Made by a program: the position numbers and the translations under genes | Virus record (IMG/VR): IMGVR_UViG_3300030390_001134 | Span: 167 to 64,166 of that record | Reading direction: 5' to 3' (one strand) | DNA length: 64,000 bases | Origin: a virus | Taxonomy: Duplodnaviria; Caudoviricetes | Notes under the pieces: model-generated | Seen by the model: the letters and a program-made list of their open reading frames with translations, nothing else | What the model was told of the DNA's origin: nothing | The model's database searches: none | In this document: piece by piece, positions 6,995 to 16,788 of the stretch | Position numbering within the stretch: the first letter of the stretch is position 1 | Layout of the letters: every line of letters begins with the position of its first letter

Positions 6995-8563
6995 ATGGAG
7001 TACAATTTACCTAGTGAATTGATCAAGGAACTAAACTTTGGTCATGAAGCTAAGAACAAAATAATAGCTGGCGTAGATAAGCTAGCCAAAGCCGTAAAGA
7101 GCACACTTGGCGCATCGGGAAAATGCGTCATATACGAGGATGCTCGCGGCATGCCGGTCATAACAAAAGACGGTGTAACCGTTGCCCAAAGCGTAGTCTT
7201 ATATGATCCGGTTGAGAATATAGGGGCCACCCTAATTAAGGAGGCTGCTAGTAACACAGTGAAAGAGGCGGGAGATGGTACCACTACGGCTACCGTCCTC
7301 GCCGAATCACTTCTAAAAGAAGTAAATAAAAAGAAACATGCTGAAAAATCTATTCGAGAAATTAAAGCAGGGATTAACTCTGGCTTGGCAAAAGTTATGG
7401 AGTACCTTGAAAGCAGGGCTATTGAAGTTGAAGGAGATATGCTTAGCGCTGTTAGCGCGATTAGTTGCAATAATGATAAAGCCCTTGGCGGCGTTATTGC
7501 AGAAGCTTACGAAAAAGTAGGTAAAACAGGTGTAGTCCTTATGGAGACTAGCGATACAGAGGAAACGTACGTAGAGCTGGTGGATGGTGTTCAGATTGAT
7601 TGCGGTTTAACATCTCCGCATTGGGTGACAAATACAGAGAAGCATATAGCAGAACTAGATAACCCATATGTCCTTATTGTTTCTAGTGAGATACCTAACG
7701 TACGAAAGATACAGGTGGTGCTAGAGCACGTGATAAAGAAAGGGAGGGCATTACTTATTATAGCTCCAGTGGCACAGTCAGTAAAAAGTGCTTTACTTAT
7801 GAACAGGGTGAAGGGTAACATAAAGATCAATATAATCGATCTACCTGGGTTTGGACCTACTAAGCAGGACGCTACGGAGGATCTAGCTATCCTAACCGGT
7901 GCTACAGTGATCAACGAAGAACTAGGTGATGATTTAGATCTTATCTCTATAGAACATCTAGGGGAAGCTGATAATGTTGTTACAGATGATAAGTCTACTG
8001 TGATAACTTTAGACGGGGTCACAGAGGAGGTTACAGAAAGGATAGCAGAAGTAAAGGCTAAGATAGATAAAGAGAAGAACGGGTTTATAAAGAAGAAGCT
8101 AGAGCAAAGGCTAGCATCTTTATCCGGGTCTGTAGGTATTGTAAAGGTAGGTGCTGATTCTAAGGTTGAACTTAAAGAGAAGAGAGATAGAGCTGAAGAT
8201 GCTATATACGCAACTAAAGCCGCTTTAAAAGAAGGTATAGTAGCAGGTGGCGGAATAGCACTGCTAAACGCTTCTCAAAAAATCTCACCCCAAGGGGTGG
8301 GGGAGGAGATACTCATGCAGGCTATAAAAGCTCCATACATAACTATACTGGATAACGCTGGATTACAAATTGGTAATAAGCTAGATGAGGGGCATGGAGT
8401 TAACGTAGTTACAGGTATGCCAGTTGACATGGTGAAAGCTGGGATTGTAGATCCTGTGCTAGTTACTAAGTCCGCATTGAAGAACGCTGTGTCAGTGGTG
8501 TCAACCATTATATCAGCAGATTGTGTAATCTCAAACGCTAGAGCAGATGAAAGCAATAAATGA
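6995..8563 (+). CDS. groEL: chaperonin GroEL (phage-encoded)
   Basis: ITKDGVTVA, AGDGTTTATVLA, PGFG, ELKEKRDRAEDA, GIVAGGG, GIVDP motifs; no C-terminal GGM tail. Confidence 0.97.
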   Translation: MEYNLPSELIKELNFGHEAKNKIIAGVDKLAKAVKSTLGASGKCVIYEDARGMPVITKDGVTVAQSVVLYDPVENIGATLIKEAASNTVKEAGDGTTTATVLAESLLKEVNKKKHAEKSIREIKAGINSGLAKVMEYLESRAIEVEGDMLSAVSAISCNNDKALGGVIAEAYEKVGKTGVVLMETSDTEETYVELVDGVQIDCGLTSPHWVTNTEKHIAELDNPYVLIVSSEIPNVRKIQVVLEHVIKKGRALLIIAPVAQSVKSALLMNRVKGNIKINIIDLPGFGPTKQDATEDLAILTGATVINEELGDDLDLISIEHLGEADNVVTDDKSTVITLDGVTEEVTERIAEVKAKIDKEKNGFIKKKLEQRLASLSGSVGIVKVGADSKVELKEKRDRAEDAIYATKAALKEGIVAGGGIALLNASQKISPQGVGEEILMQAIKAPYITILDNAGLQIGNKLDEGHGVNVVTGMPVDMVKAGIVDPVLVTKSALKNAVSVVSTIISADCVISNARADESNK

Positions 8564-8804
8564 TTACATAGTAGTAGACGTAGAGAAAGTAGGTCCTAAG
8601 AAAGTTGGTGGCCTACTTCTTACAGAAGAACTAGACGAAAGCAATAGGTATATAAAAGCTACGATTATCTCTACAGGTAATCTAGTGGAAGGCCTAAAAG
8701 ACAAAGACATTATATATTACGACAAACATGCTGGACATGGTATAACCTGGGCAGATACAATGTACCATGTGATCCGAGCAAGAGATGTTGTTTTAGTGGA
8801 GTAA
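8547..8804 (+). CDS. groES: co-chaperonin GroES
   Basis: MKAINDYIVV..KVGGLLL..IISTG..DVVLVE; overlaps the end of groEL. Confidence 0.9.
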   Translation: MKAINDYIVVDVEKVGPKKVGGLLLTEELDESNRYIKATIISTGNLVEGLKDKDIIYYDKHAGHGITWADTMYHVIRARDVVLVE

Positions 8805-8829
8805 CTACTTCGCTAAACGTGTGATATAT
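8801..8829 (+). promoter_or_regulatory. class L promoter-like motif (degenerate)
   Basis: GTAACTA-N12-TGTGATATAT at the start of a ~100-nt intergenic gap. Confidence 0.55.
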
Positions 8830-8901
8830 ATATTAGACCAAACCTTAATCCTTAAACCTTAAACGATAAAATTAAAAACAAATAACTAATTTAAAAAAAC
8901 T

Positions 8902-9267
8902 ATGGCAAAAGAAAACTTTTTGTATTTTTGCGAAAATGCACTTGGCGCAACAGCAACAGCTTATGTTGCTAAAGCAAGTAATTTCCTAGGGGCAGACTCT
9001 AGCGCTGCAAACAAGATTAAATTCTCCTTTAAAGCGGCGGCCGGCACAGCTGCTGATGATTTAATTGAATTAACGTTTACTCCAGCAGGAGCTCACAAGC
9101 AAGTCATGGAGGCTGTTGCGGGTGCAATGGTTAACGGCGCTAATGTTAGAACTAATTTCAATACTGTGTATGACGGCGTAAACTCAGCAGGTGTTGGAAT
9201 GGCTTGTCCATCTACAGCTCTAGGTGCTGCAGTTAATATTACAGTGTGTGATATTACACTAGGATAA
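8902..9267 (+). CDS. putative structural protein (paralog family with 9292 and 9658)
   Basis: NFLYF N-terminus, DDLIELT, HKQVMEAVA. Confidence 0.7.
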   Translation: MAKENFLYFCENALGATATAYVAKASNFLGADSSAANKIKFSFKAAAGTAADDLIELTFTPAGAHKQVMEAVAGAMVNGANVRTNFNTVYDGVNSAGVGMACPSTALGAAVNITVCDITLG

Positions 9268-9291
9268 TTATAAACTTTAAAAACTAAGAAA

Positions 9292-9645
9292 ATGAATCAA
9301 AATAAAAACTTTCTATATTCAGCTAATGGCGATGACGCTATAGATGCTACTATGGAAGCTTTGATGTTTCCAGCTACAGCTATAACAGGGATGTTTGGGG
9401 CTTCTGCTACGACAACCAACGTTAGCATTCAAACTACAACTGGTGCTGGTAACAACAACCATCAAATGCTAATAACACATGCGTCTTTAAAAAACAAAGA
9501 AGTGATGAATGCTGTTGCTAAGCTAGCAAACTCGGCAGGGCCGTTTACGGTTATATCTGAGTTCCCAGTTGGAGGACCAGAGCTATTTCCAATAAATAAT
9601 CTTGACGCAACGATCGCAGTAACTAATATTGCAATCACTGCATAA
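9292..9645 (+). CDS. putative structural protein (paralog)
   Basis: NFLYS, LITH, NKEVMNAVA. Confidence 0.7.
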   Translation: MNQNKNFLYSANGDDAIDATMEALMFPATAITGMFGASATTTNVSIQTTTGAGNNNHQMLITHASLKNKEVMNAVAKLANSAGPFTVISEFPVGGPELFPINNLDATIAVTNIAITA

Positions 9646-9657
9646 TAAATAAATAAA

Positions 9658-10470
9658 ATGAATAATTATGTATATTTTGGCAAGAGATCACATTTCTCTT
9701 GTCTAGCAAACGAAGGTGGAGACTTACAAAAATCTGACACGCTTACCGCGGCTAACTTTGGTATAGTACCAGCAGACTTTACGGCTGCAACAGCAACAGA
9801 AGAAGCTCAAGGTTATGAGATTTTTATACACACTGGTGAAGCTAACGCTTCTACTAGAGGTACCGCTCTTACTGCTTTGGGTGATGTTGTTACAGGCGTT
9901 GTTAAAGCCGGCGATGCGGCTGCTAAAGCAACAACTATTATTGGTGACGTTACAAGGTTAAAGTTTGACACCGTAGGTATGGCTACTGGCGTTCTAACTC
10001 TTGCTAACTTTGGCGCTGATGGTACTGATGGTTACTTAATTGACGCTACTGATCAATGGATTATTAGAGAAAAAATTGGAAGTACAAATGATGCTTTGTC
10101 TGATGTGCCGGCTATTAATCAAGCGTTATGCGTGGATATGGCTAACTTTATAGGAGCGGATCCTGTTGATACAGCTACAGCTGCTACTATAGGTGTTGGC
10201 ATTTTAAACGGAGCACTTGTAGAGATTGACCAAACTGTTTTGTCTTTCAAGTCAGTTAAAGGTGACGCTACAGACGACACAATACTCTTAACGCACAAAT
10301 CTGGTGCTTACAAAGAAGTTTGCCAAGCAATGGAGGAAATAGCAAATGGTAACTATCACCGTAAAGGTAAAGGTTATTATACTTTTACTGATCTAATGAG
10401 TGGTAAGAAAACTATATGGGAAAACAGATTAGGAATAATCGGTTGCTCTATGATAGTACAAGCTGTATAA
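9658..10470 (+). CDS. putative structural protein (paralog with an internal insertion)
   Basis: NYVYF N-terminus; C-terminal ANFIGAD, SFKS, DDTILLTH, YKEVCQAM align with 8902. Confidence 0.7.
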   Translation: MNNYVYFGKRSHFSCLANEGGDLQKSDTLTAANFGIVPADFTAATATEEAQGYEIFIHTGEANASTRGTALTALGDVVTGVVKAGDAAAKATTIIGDVTRLKFDTVGMATGVLTLANFGADGTDGYLIDATDQWIIREKIGSTNDALSDVPAINQALCVDMANFIGADPVDTATAATIGVGILNGALVEIDQTVLSFKSVKGDATDDTILLTHKSGAYKEVCQAMEEIANGNYHRKGKGYYTFTDLMSGKKTIWENRLGIIGCSMIVQAV

Positions 10471-10476
10471 CACGGT

Positions 10477-10917
10477 TTGAGACTAACAGCGCAGGATCTG
10501 CGTGAAATGAATATCCTTAAGTACTACAGGCTCACGCGCAAGTGGGCCTGTAAGACTTACGGGTTAACTGATGCCGATCTAGAGTTATTGATATACCTAG
10601 ATCATAAGGGTAGATTTACCCGAAACGAATTTATCGAGGGTGCTTACACATATTCTTGGGATAAGAAAAGGTGGGAGAAACTGCGATCAGCTGGATGGAT
10701 AGAGGTTTGGAGACATAGGAATAGAACTAGTATAAAGTTCTCTGTGTATAAGACTTCTTTCAAATGCTCCCAGCTAGTCACTAGGATATACCGTATCCTA
10801 TTAGGCGAAGAGGATCTACCAACCTCAGAGCGGAGTATATTTTTCAATAACAAGTCGTATACAGATAAGGTCTACAATAAGTCCATAGATGATATGATTA
10901 GAGATACAGATAGATAA
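10477..10917 (+). CDS. putative winged-helix DNA-binding protein
   Basis: YGLTDADLELLIYL...KLRSAGWIEV pattern resembles MarR-type wHTH; TTG start. Confidence 0.5.
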   Translation: MRLTAQDLREMNILKYYRLTRKWACKTYGLTDADLELLIYLDHKGRFTRNEFIEGAYTYSWDKKRWEKLRSAGWIEVWRHRNRTSIKFSVYKTSFKCSQLVTRIYRILLGEEDLPTSERSIFFNNKSYTDKVYNKSIDDMIRDTDR

Positions 10918-11288
10918 TGGCTTTTAAACGGCAGCGTAAATCTCTTCCTGGCATTGCTCGAGGCGGCAATATTAATAAGAAGCACAAGTTTAAAGTTGAG
11001 CGTAAAAACTTAGCTGACGGTATTCTTGGCGAAGCTAATATGGACGGTAGTATATACGTAGATAAAAACGTTAAACCTGGTAGCGCTCAAGATAAAAAGA
11101 TAATAGCTCACGAAGGTGTTCACGCTAAAGAAATAGCTAGCGGTAAGATTGAGTATGGTGACGACTACGTGAGAGATGGAAATAGTACTTTCCACAGGAA
11201 AAACGGTAAGATAAAATACAACGGTAAGTGGCATGAGGAAGGGAGTAACGTATTCCCATGGGAGAAACGAGCTAAAAAAGCAGAGTAA
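10917..11288 (+). CDS. MAFK-tagged zincin-like metallopeptidase
   Basis: GEA..DGSIYVDK...IIAHEGVH (HExxH)...PWEKRA. Confidence 0.65.
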   Translation: MAFKRQRKSLPGIARGGNINKKHKFKVERKNLADGILGEANMDGSIYVDKNVKPGSAQDKKIIAHEGVHAKEIASGKIEYGDDYVRDGNSTFHRKNGKIKYNGKWHEEGSNVFPWEKRAKKAE

Positions 11289-11725
11289 TGAGTAAAAAAA
11301 AGAAAATAAAAGATACTAAATTAGGTTCTTGGTTAGCTGACAAAGCTCCAAGTATACTAGGTGTCGTAGGAGATCTTCTCCCAGATAGTGGAGCCTTAGG
11401 CATTGTTAAAAACCTTATAGATAAAGATCCAGCCGTAGACTCAGCAGAGGCTCAAAAGGTTATAGATGCAGAGGTAAAGTTCCAAGAGAACGTATCTGCT
11501 AGATGGGCATCAGATATGGGTAGCGATGTAAAGCTAGCTAAATTAATTAGACCTTTAACACTGTTAGCTCTTATGACTATGTTCATGCTAACCATGGTGT
11601 TTGACAGCGTAGACACTCTGCCTTTCAACGTAAAGGATTCATACGTGTCTTTATTAGAAATATTAATGTTAACTGCCTTTGGAGCATACTTCGCGGGTAG
11701 AACAATAGAAAAAGTAAAAAAATAA
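11288..11725 (+). CDS. holin-like membrane protein
   Basis: RW..DM..D..LAKLIRP followed by two TM helices and GAYFAGRTIEK; typical of GTA/3TM-type holins. Confidence 0.7.
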   Translation: MSKKKKIKDTKLGSWLADKAPSILGVVGDLLPDSGALGIVKNLIDKDPAVDSAEAQKVIDAEVKFQENVSARWASDMGSDVKLAKLIRPLTLLALMTMFMLTMVFDSVDTLPFNVKDSYVSLLEILMLTAFGAYFAGRTIEKVKK

Positions 11726-11726
11726 A

Positions 11727-12062
11727 ATGGGACAAAATTCAACAGAAGTCGCATATGGCTTCGGACAATTAGGTAGTGGTTTCTCGGATGAAGCTGCAGA
11801 AGTAACGGCTCCAAGCGGTAAAGTTATAGTAGCTATTCAATTTTTATCAGACACGGTACTATCTACTTTAGTTGCAGCTACAGACACGCCTGACACGGCT
11901 TACTTTAGCCATACAGCCGCTGTTGCTAATAACGGTGCCGGAGCTGCTGAAACAGACGCAGCAACGTCATTTCCAAAAGGAATAACTATATATGGAAGAT
12001 GGGCTAGTTTTACACCACCAGAATCAGCAGCTGGAGGAGTAATATTTTACTTCGGATATTAA
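11727..12062 (+). CDS. putative virion structural protein
   Basis: FPKGITIYGRW motif; small beta-rich protein in the late operon. Confidence 0.6.
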   Translation: MGQNSTEVAYGFGQLGSGFSDEAAEVTAPSGKVIVAIQFLSDTVLSTLVAATDTPDTAYFSHTAAVANNGAGAAETDAATSFPKGITIYGRWASFTPPESAAGGVIFYFGY

Positions 12063-12553
12063 TGCTAGGATTAGGCAGTAACTTAATAAGTGGAGTCTAT
12101 GTAGAGGCAGCTGCAGCCACGCCTACTATTGGGATTGGGATAACTACCGTTACTGGAATTAATGACGAACAAGTGGGGATTGTTCAACCAATAACCAGCG
12201 GACTAGATGTAACCGGTGTTTCAGATTTTGCTAGAGTAGATGGGGTTGAAGGTAACGTTACAATAACACACACTCATGGAGCAAATACAATAGCACTAGA
12301 CCCTGTTGTTGCGGAAACAGTTACGCTTTACGCATATAAGTTTCCTGGATCAAATTCAATTTTTCTAACAGAACTCACTAGTGGTAGTTACTCTTCATTT
12401 TTGGTGCTAGATTTAACATCTATAAATTCAGGTAGTATAGCTGCTGTAGACAACGGAAACAAATACACAGTTAAAGTCAATTTTATTTCTAAATCAGGAC
12501 TTAACAATAGCGCAGCGGGCGACTTGAAAGTTCTAACACTATCAGCAGCATAA
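12062..12553 (+). CDS. putative virion decoration/fibre protein
   Basis: MLGLG N-terminus, beta-rich; TAATG coupling. Confidence 0.55.
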   Translation: MLGLGSNLISGVYVEAAAATPTIGIGITTVTGINDEQVGIVQPITSGLDVTGVSDFARVDGVEGNVTITHTHGANTIALDPVVAETVTLYAYKFPGSNSIFLTELTSGSYSSFLVLDLTSINSGSIAAVDNGNKYTVKVNFISKSGLNNSAAGDLKVLTLSAA

Positions 12554-13254
12554 TGGCATCAAAAATACTAGACACATCTCTAGGCCCAAACACTTCTAAT
12601 GATTCAGCTATTGCGTCAAGAGACTCAAGAGGCTCTAATACAGTGGCACTTGCTCAGTCAACAAGCAGCCGCAGGCCAACATTTAAATCATATGGTGAAA
12701 ACGCAAAGCTTAAGGAAGTTATATCTTCGACGTACTATGATGGTAGCGATGGGTTGGACTTAGGTTCGTCAGAGGTCATAAATCCAAGTACGGCTCACAC
12801 AGTTATATGTTGTTGGGTTGATGGAGATTACACAGCCGAGGGCATAATAATAGCATCTGGCACAAATGGAGCTAAATACTCTATAGCAGCAGGTGGAGCT
12901 GGTATAACTATAAAGCCGGGGTCAGCTAGAGCTAGCGCGGCAACATATGCCATAAACAGTACGGCAGGTTCAACTACTAATTACACCTTTGGATCTGATG
13001 TCGAGCTTTTAATAATAGTTAACGATGGAAGCAACGGAGTTAAGGCTTATAATATAAATGGCGACCTTATACTAAACACTGGTGTTGTAGCATCTTTAAG
13101 TTCGCAGTTTAAAGTTGATTATTTATTTCACGACGGAAGCGGAGGCAGTGGGTTTAAAGGAGAAGTTATGTGGATAGAGGTGTATGACGACTGGGGTTGC
13201 ACGGAGGGCGCGGCGGATGGATATGGACTTATGTTTAATGATTTTAAAAATTAG
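12553..13254 (+). CDS. putative LamG/concanavalin-like virion protein
   Basis: Ser/Gly-rich beta-sandwich pattern, YDGSDGL...FKGEVMWIEVYD. Confidence 0.5.
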   Translation: MASKILDTSLGPNTSNDSAIASRDSRGSNTVALAQSTSSRRPTFKSYGENAKLKEVISSTYYDGSDGLDLGSSEVINPSTAHTVICCWVDGDYTAEGIIIASGTNGAKYSIAAGGAGITIKPGSARASAATYAINSTAGSTTNYTFGSDVELLIIVNDGSNGVKAYNINGDLILNTGVVASLSSQFKVDYLFHDGSGGSGFKGEVMWIEVYDDWGCTEGAADGYGLMFNDFKN

Positions 13255-13282
13255 TAACAATTTAATTTAATACAATATAATT

Positions 13283-13561
13283 ATGGGTAAAAAGAAAGAC
13301 AAGGTCGTAGACCTAAAACCAGAGGCTATCTCTGAAGAGCAATTAAAAGAACTACAGCAAGTGGTTTCAGCTATAAACAAATTGCAATTCGATATCGGAA
13401 CTATGGAGGTGCAGAAGCATAACGCTTTACACGCTTTGTTCCAAGGTAACGATAAGCTAAATGAGATGCAAGGTAAATTTGAAGAGCAGTACGGTACTAA
13501 TGATATTAATATACAAAACGGTACTATAAACTACAAGAAAGATGAGCCATCTGATTCGTAA
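13283..13561 (+). CDS. small coiled-coil protein
   Basis: 92 aa, heptad-rich, ends YGTNDINIQNGTI. Confidence 0.7.
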   Translation: MGKKKDKVVDLKPEAISEEQLKELQQVVSAINKLQFDIGTMEVQKHNALHALFQGNDKLNEMQGKFEEQYGTNDINIQNGTINYKKDEPSDS

Positions 13562-13763
13562 GATCACGATAGGTAAAGACTACAAAAATGACTCCATGCA
13601 CTATGCCGTAGGGCAAGAAGTGTATGGAGGTCATACTATTTGTGATATACTAGAAGAGGAAGATAAGTACTCTATTTATATACGCAAAGACAAAGCAGTC
13701 ATACCTTGGAAGGACTTTAATAAAAACATGGCTATATCTGTTGAGTATAATCTTCAGTACTAA
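13542..13763 (+). CDS. hypothetical protein
   Basis: 73-aa ORF coupled to both neighbours. Confidence 0.75.
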   Translation: MSHLIRKITIGKDYKNDSMHYAVGQEVYGGHTICDILEEEDKYSIYIRKDKAVIPWKDFNKNMAISVEYNLQY

Positions 13764-14353
13764 TGCAGTCGGTTTACAACTACGTTGTAGAACCATTAGG
13801 AGAAAGGTATAACAACACGAAGAAGGTTGGAGATAAAGAACTAATACTAAACACAGAGGTTTTTAATCATCAACACGTAAACAGAGAAGCTAGAGTTTTA
13901 TCTGTACCTAAGATTGGTGACTCAGAGGTTCAACCTGGAGATATAGTGACACTACATCATAATGTTTTTAGAAGATGGCATGATGTAAAAGGTAAAGAAA
14001 GAAATAGTAGATCTTTCCTTGAAGAAGGTAAATATCTAGTAACGCAAGACCAGATATACCTATACAAGCGAGACGGAGACTGGACATGTCCTAGGGGATA
14101 TTGCTTCGTGCAACCTATTAAGGACAAAAGCCAGTTAAGCGTTGAAACTGAAAAACCTCTAGTTGGAGTTGTAAAATACTCCGACGATAATACAAGCGTA
14201 GGTGACTTAGTTGGTTTTGATCCAGTAAGTACTTTTGAGTTTGTAGTGGACGGTAAGAGGATGTATAGGGCGTTATCTAAATTTATTACAATTAAATATG
14301 AATATCAAGGAGACGAAGAAGAGTATAATCCAAGCTGGGCAGATAGCCGTTGA
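13763..14353 (+). CDS. GroES-like protein with two tandem GroES-fold domains
   Basis: Domain 1 YVVEP..KKVGDKELIL..ARVLSVP..VQPGDIV; domain 2 CFVQP..GVVKY..VGDLVGF..EFVVDGKRMY. Confidence 0.65.
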   Translation: MQSVYNYVVEPLGERYNNTKKVGDKELILNTEVFNHQHVNREARVLSVPKIGDSEVQPGDIVTLHHNVFRRWHDVKGKERNSRSFLEEGKYLVTQDQIYLYKRDGDWTCPRGYCFVQPIKDKSQLSVETEKPLVGVVKYSDDNTSVGDLVGFDPVSTFEFVVDGKRMYRALSKFITIKYEYQGDEEEYNPSWADSR

Positions 14354-14573
14354 AGAGTTAATCAAAGTGGCTAAAGAAGCTATCGTTGATTCAGGTGATG
14401 ATATTACCGCGGACAGACTCAAGAACGCTGCTGCTACAAAAAAGCTTGCTATCTTCGACGCCTTTGAGATATTGACCAGAATCCAAGAAGAAGAAAACTT
14501 GCTTGAGGGCAGAGAGCCTGAAGAAAAGAAAGCAAACGTCTTCAAGGGTTTTGCTGAAGGAAGATCTAAGTAA
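14298..14573 (+). CDS. probable terminase small subunit
   Basis: Small helical ORF directly upstream of, and TAATG-coupled to, terL; call is positional. Confidence 0.5.
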   Translation: MNIKETKKSIIQAGQIAVEELIKVAKEAIVDSGDDITADRLKNAAATKKLAIFDAFEILTRIQEEENLLEGREPEEKKANVFKGFAEGRSK

Positions 14574-16786
14574 TGTACGAACAGACATTATTAAAAATAA
14601 TAGAGCCTATAAAAAAAACCACTCTTACCAGGTTAAACAGGGGTAAGAAGTGGAAGTATGGTTACGATAAAGATCACGATATAGTGGTTTTGTCTAGAAC
14701 CGGTGTTATAGGTGAGATATACGAAATACAAGGTTTTAAGATTGCTCTACCTAAACCCACTAATGTTTTCAAGCACGAAAGCAACAAGTGGAAAAAAGTA
14801 GATCAACCCAAAGAACTTAGCCGCATAAAAACTATATTTGACTGGAGAAGTTATCCAGACGAACAAAAAGAAAAGTGGCACGGGTATATCGACGAAGAGT
14901 TCAGGCGCAGAGACGAAGGGCATTGGTTTATGAATGATGGTAAACCAACGTATATAACTGGTAGTCACTATATGTACCTGCAATGGAGTAAAATTGACGT
15001 GGGTGCACCAGACTTTAGAGAGGCCAATCGGCTGTTCTTTATATTCTGGGAAGCCTGCAAGGCAGATAAGAGATGCTATGGAATGTGCTACCTTAAGAAC
15101 CGTCGTTCAGGTTTTTCTTTTATGTCCTCTGCAGAAACAGTTAACTTAGCCACTATATCGAGTGATAGTAGATATGGGATCTTGTCTAAGTCTGGTGCCG
15201 ATGCGAAGAAAATGTTTACAGATAAAGTGGTACCTATATCAATTAATTACCCTTTCTTCTTTAAACCTATACAGGATGGTATGGATCGTCCGAAGTCTGA
15301 GTTAGCATACCGAGTACCTTCTACTAAGTTTACTCGTAAAAAAATTCAGAGTAATGAAAAGCTAGAGGAGCTTGCTGGTCTTGATACAACTATAGACTGG
15401 AAGAATACAGGTGACAACAGTTATGACGGTGAAAAGTTAAACCTGTTAGTGCACGATGAGAGTGGTAAGTGGGAGAGACCTGACAACATACTAAACAACT
15501 GGCGAGTTACAAAGACTTGCTTAAGACTTGGAAGTAGAATCGTAGGGAAATGCCTTATGGGATCTACTTCAAACGCGTTAGATAAAGGAGGTAGTAATTT
15601 TAAAAAGTTATATAATGACTCAGATGTTTCTAGGAGAAACCGCAATGGACAAACAAAGTCTGGCTTGTATTCTCTCTTTGTCCCTATGGAATGGAACTAT
15701 GAAGGATTTATTGACGAATTCGGATTTCCAGTCTTTGATAATCCACGTGATGGAGAACGACTGGGACCAGACGGTGAACTGATAGATATAGGCGTTGTAG
15801 ACAGTTGGGAGAATGAAGTAGATGGTCTTAAGGAAGATCAAGATGCTTTGAATGAGTTTTACCGACAGTTTCCTAGGACTACGGAACACGCTTTCAGAGA
15901 TGAGAGCAAAAGCAGTATCTTTAACCTAATGAAGATATATGAGCAGATAGACTACAACGAAGGAAGTAGACATGCTGCTCACACCACAACAGGTAGTTTT
16001 GGTTGGGTTAATGGAATTAAGGATTCAAAGGTAATATTTCACCCAGATCCAGGAGGTAGATTTAAAGTAAGCTGGGTACCACCAGCGCACTTGCAGAATA
16101 AACAAATAATAAAGAATGGTGTTAAGTTCCCAGGCAATGATCATATTGGCGCGTTCGGCTGTGACAGTTATGATATTAGCGGTACTGTTGATGGCAAAGG
16201 GTCGAAAGGCGCGCTCCACGGACTAACAAAGTTTTCTATGGAAGATGCTCCTTCGAGCACATTTTTCTTAGAGTATATAGCAAGACCACAAACCGCAGAG
16301 ATATTTTTTGAAGACATGCTTATGGCACTCGTGTTTTACGGGATGCCCATACTAGCAGAGAACAATAAACCAAGGTTATTGTACTACTTGCGCCGAAGAG
16401 GTTATAGAGGGTACAGCATGAATAGACCAGATAGAACTTGGAAGAAGTTATCAGTTGCTGAAAAAGAAGTAGGTGGTATACCAAACTCAAGTGAAGATAT
16501 TAAACAAGCCCATGCTTCAGCTATTGAGATGTACATACAAGAACATGTGGGTCATTTAGGTGAGGGCAATTACGGAACAGTGTACTTTAACGAGCTACTT
16601 AACGACTGGGCTAGGTTCAATATAAATAACCGAACTAAACACGACGCCTCTATAAGTTCTGGCCTAGCTATCATGGCCTGCAATAGACACCTATATGCAC
16701 CAAACGCCAAAGTTGAAAGACAACCTTTAAACTTAAGTGTATCAAAATATAACAATAAGGGCTTTAACTCCCAGATAATTAAATAA
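14573..16786 (+). CDS. terL: terminase large subunit
   Basis: Walker A-like KNRRSGFS, Walker B LLVHDESGK, motif III GSTSN, RNase H-like GCDSYD...HDASISSG. Confidence 0.92.
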   Translation: MYEQTLLKIIEPIKKTTLTRLNRGKKWKYGYDKDHDIVVLSRTGVIGEIYEIQGFKIALPKPTNVFKHESNKWKKVDQPKELSRIKTIFDWRSYPDEQKEKWHGYIDEEFRRRDEGHWFMNDGKPTYITGSHYMYLQWSKIDVGAPDFREANRLFFIFWEACKADKRCYGMCYLKNRRSGFSFMSSAETVNLATISSDSRYGILSKSGADAKKMFTDKVVPISINYPFFFKPIQDGMDRPKSELAYRVPSTKFTRKKIQSNEKLEELAGLDTTIDWKNTGDNSYDGEKLNLLVHDESGKWERPDNILNNWRVTKTCLRLGSRIVGKCLMGSTSNALDKGGSNFKKLYNDSDVSRRNRNGQTKSGLYSLFVPMEWNYEGFIDEFGFPVFDNPRDGERLGPDGELIDIGVVDSWENEVDGLKEDQDALNEFYRQFPRTTEHAFRDESKSSIFNLMKIYEQIDYNEGSRHAAHTTTGSFGWVNGIKDSKVIFHPDPGGRFKVSWVPPAHLQNKQIIKNGVKFPGNDHIGAFGCDSYDISGTVDGKGSKGALHGLTKFSMEDAPSSTFFLEYIARPQTAEIFFEDMLMALVFYGMPILAENNKPRLLYYLRRRGYRGYSMNRPDRTWKKLSVAEKEVGGIPNSSEDIKQAHASAIEMYIQEHVGHLGEGNYGTVYFNELLNDWARFNINNRTKHDASISSGLAIMACNRHLYAPNAKVERQPLNLSVSKYNNKGFNSQIIK

Positions 16787-16788
16787 GC

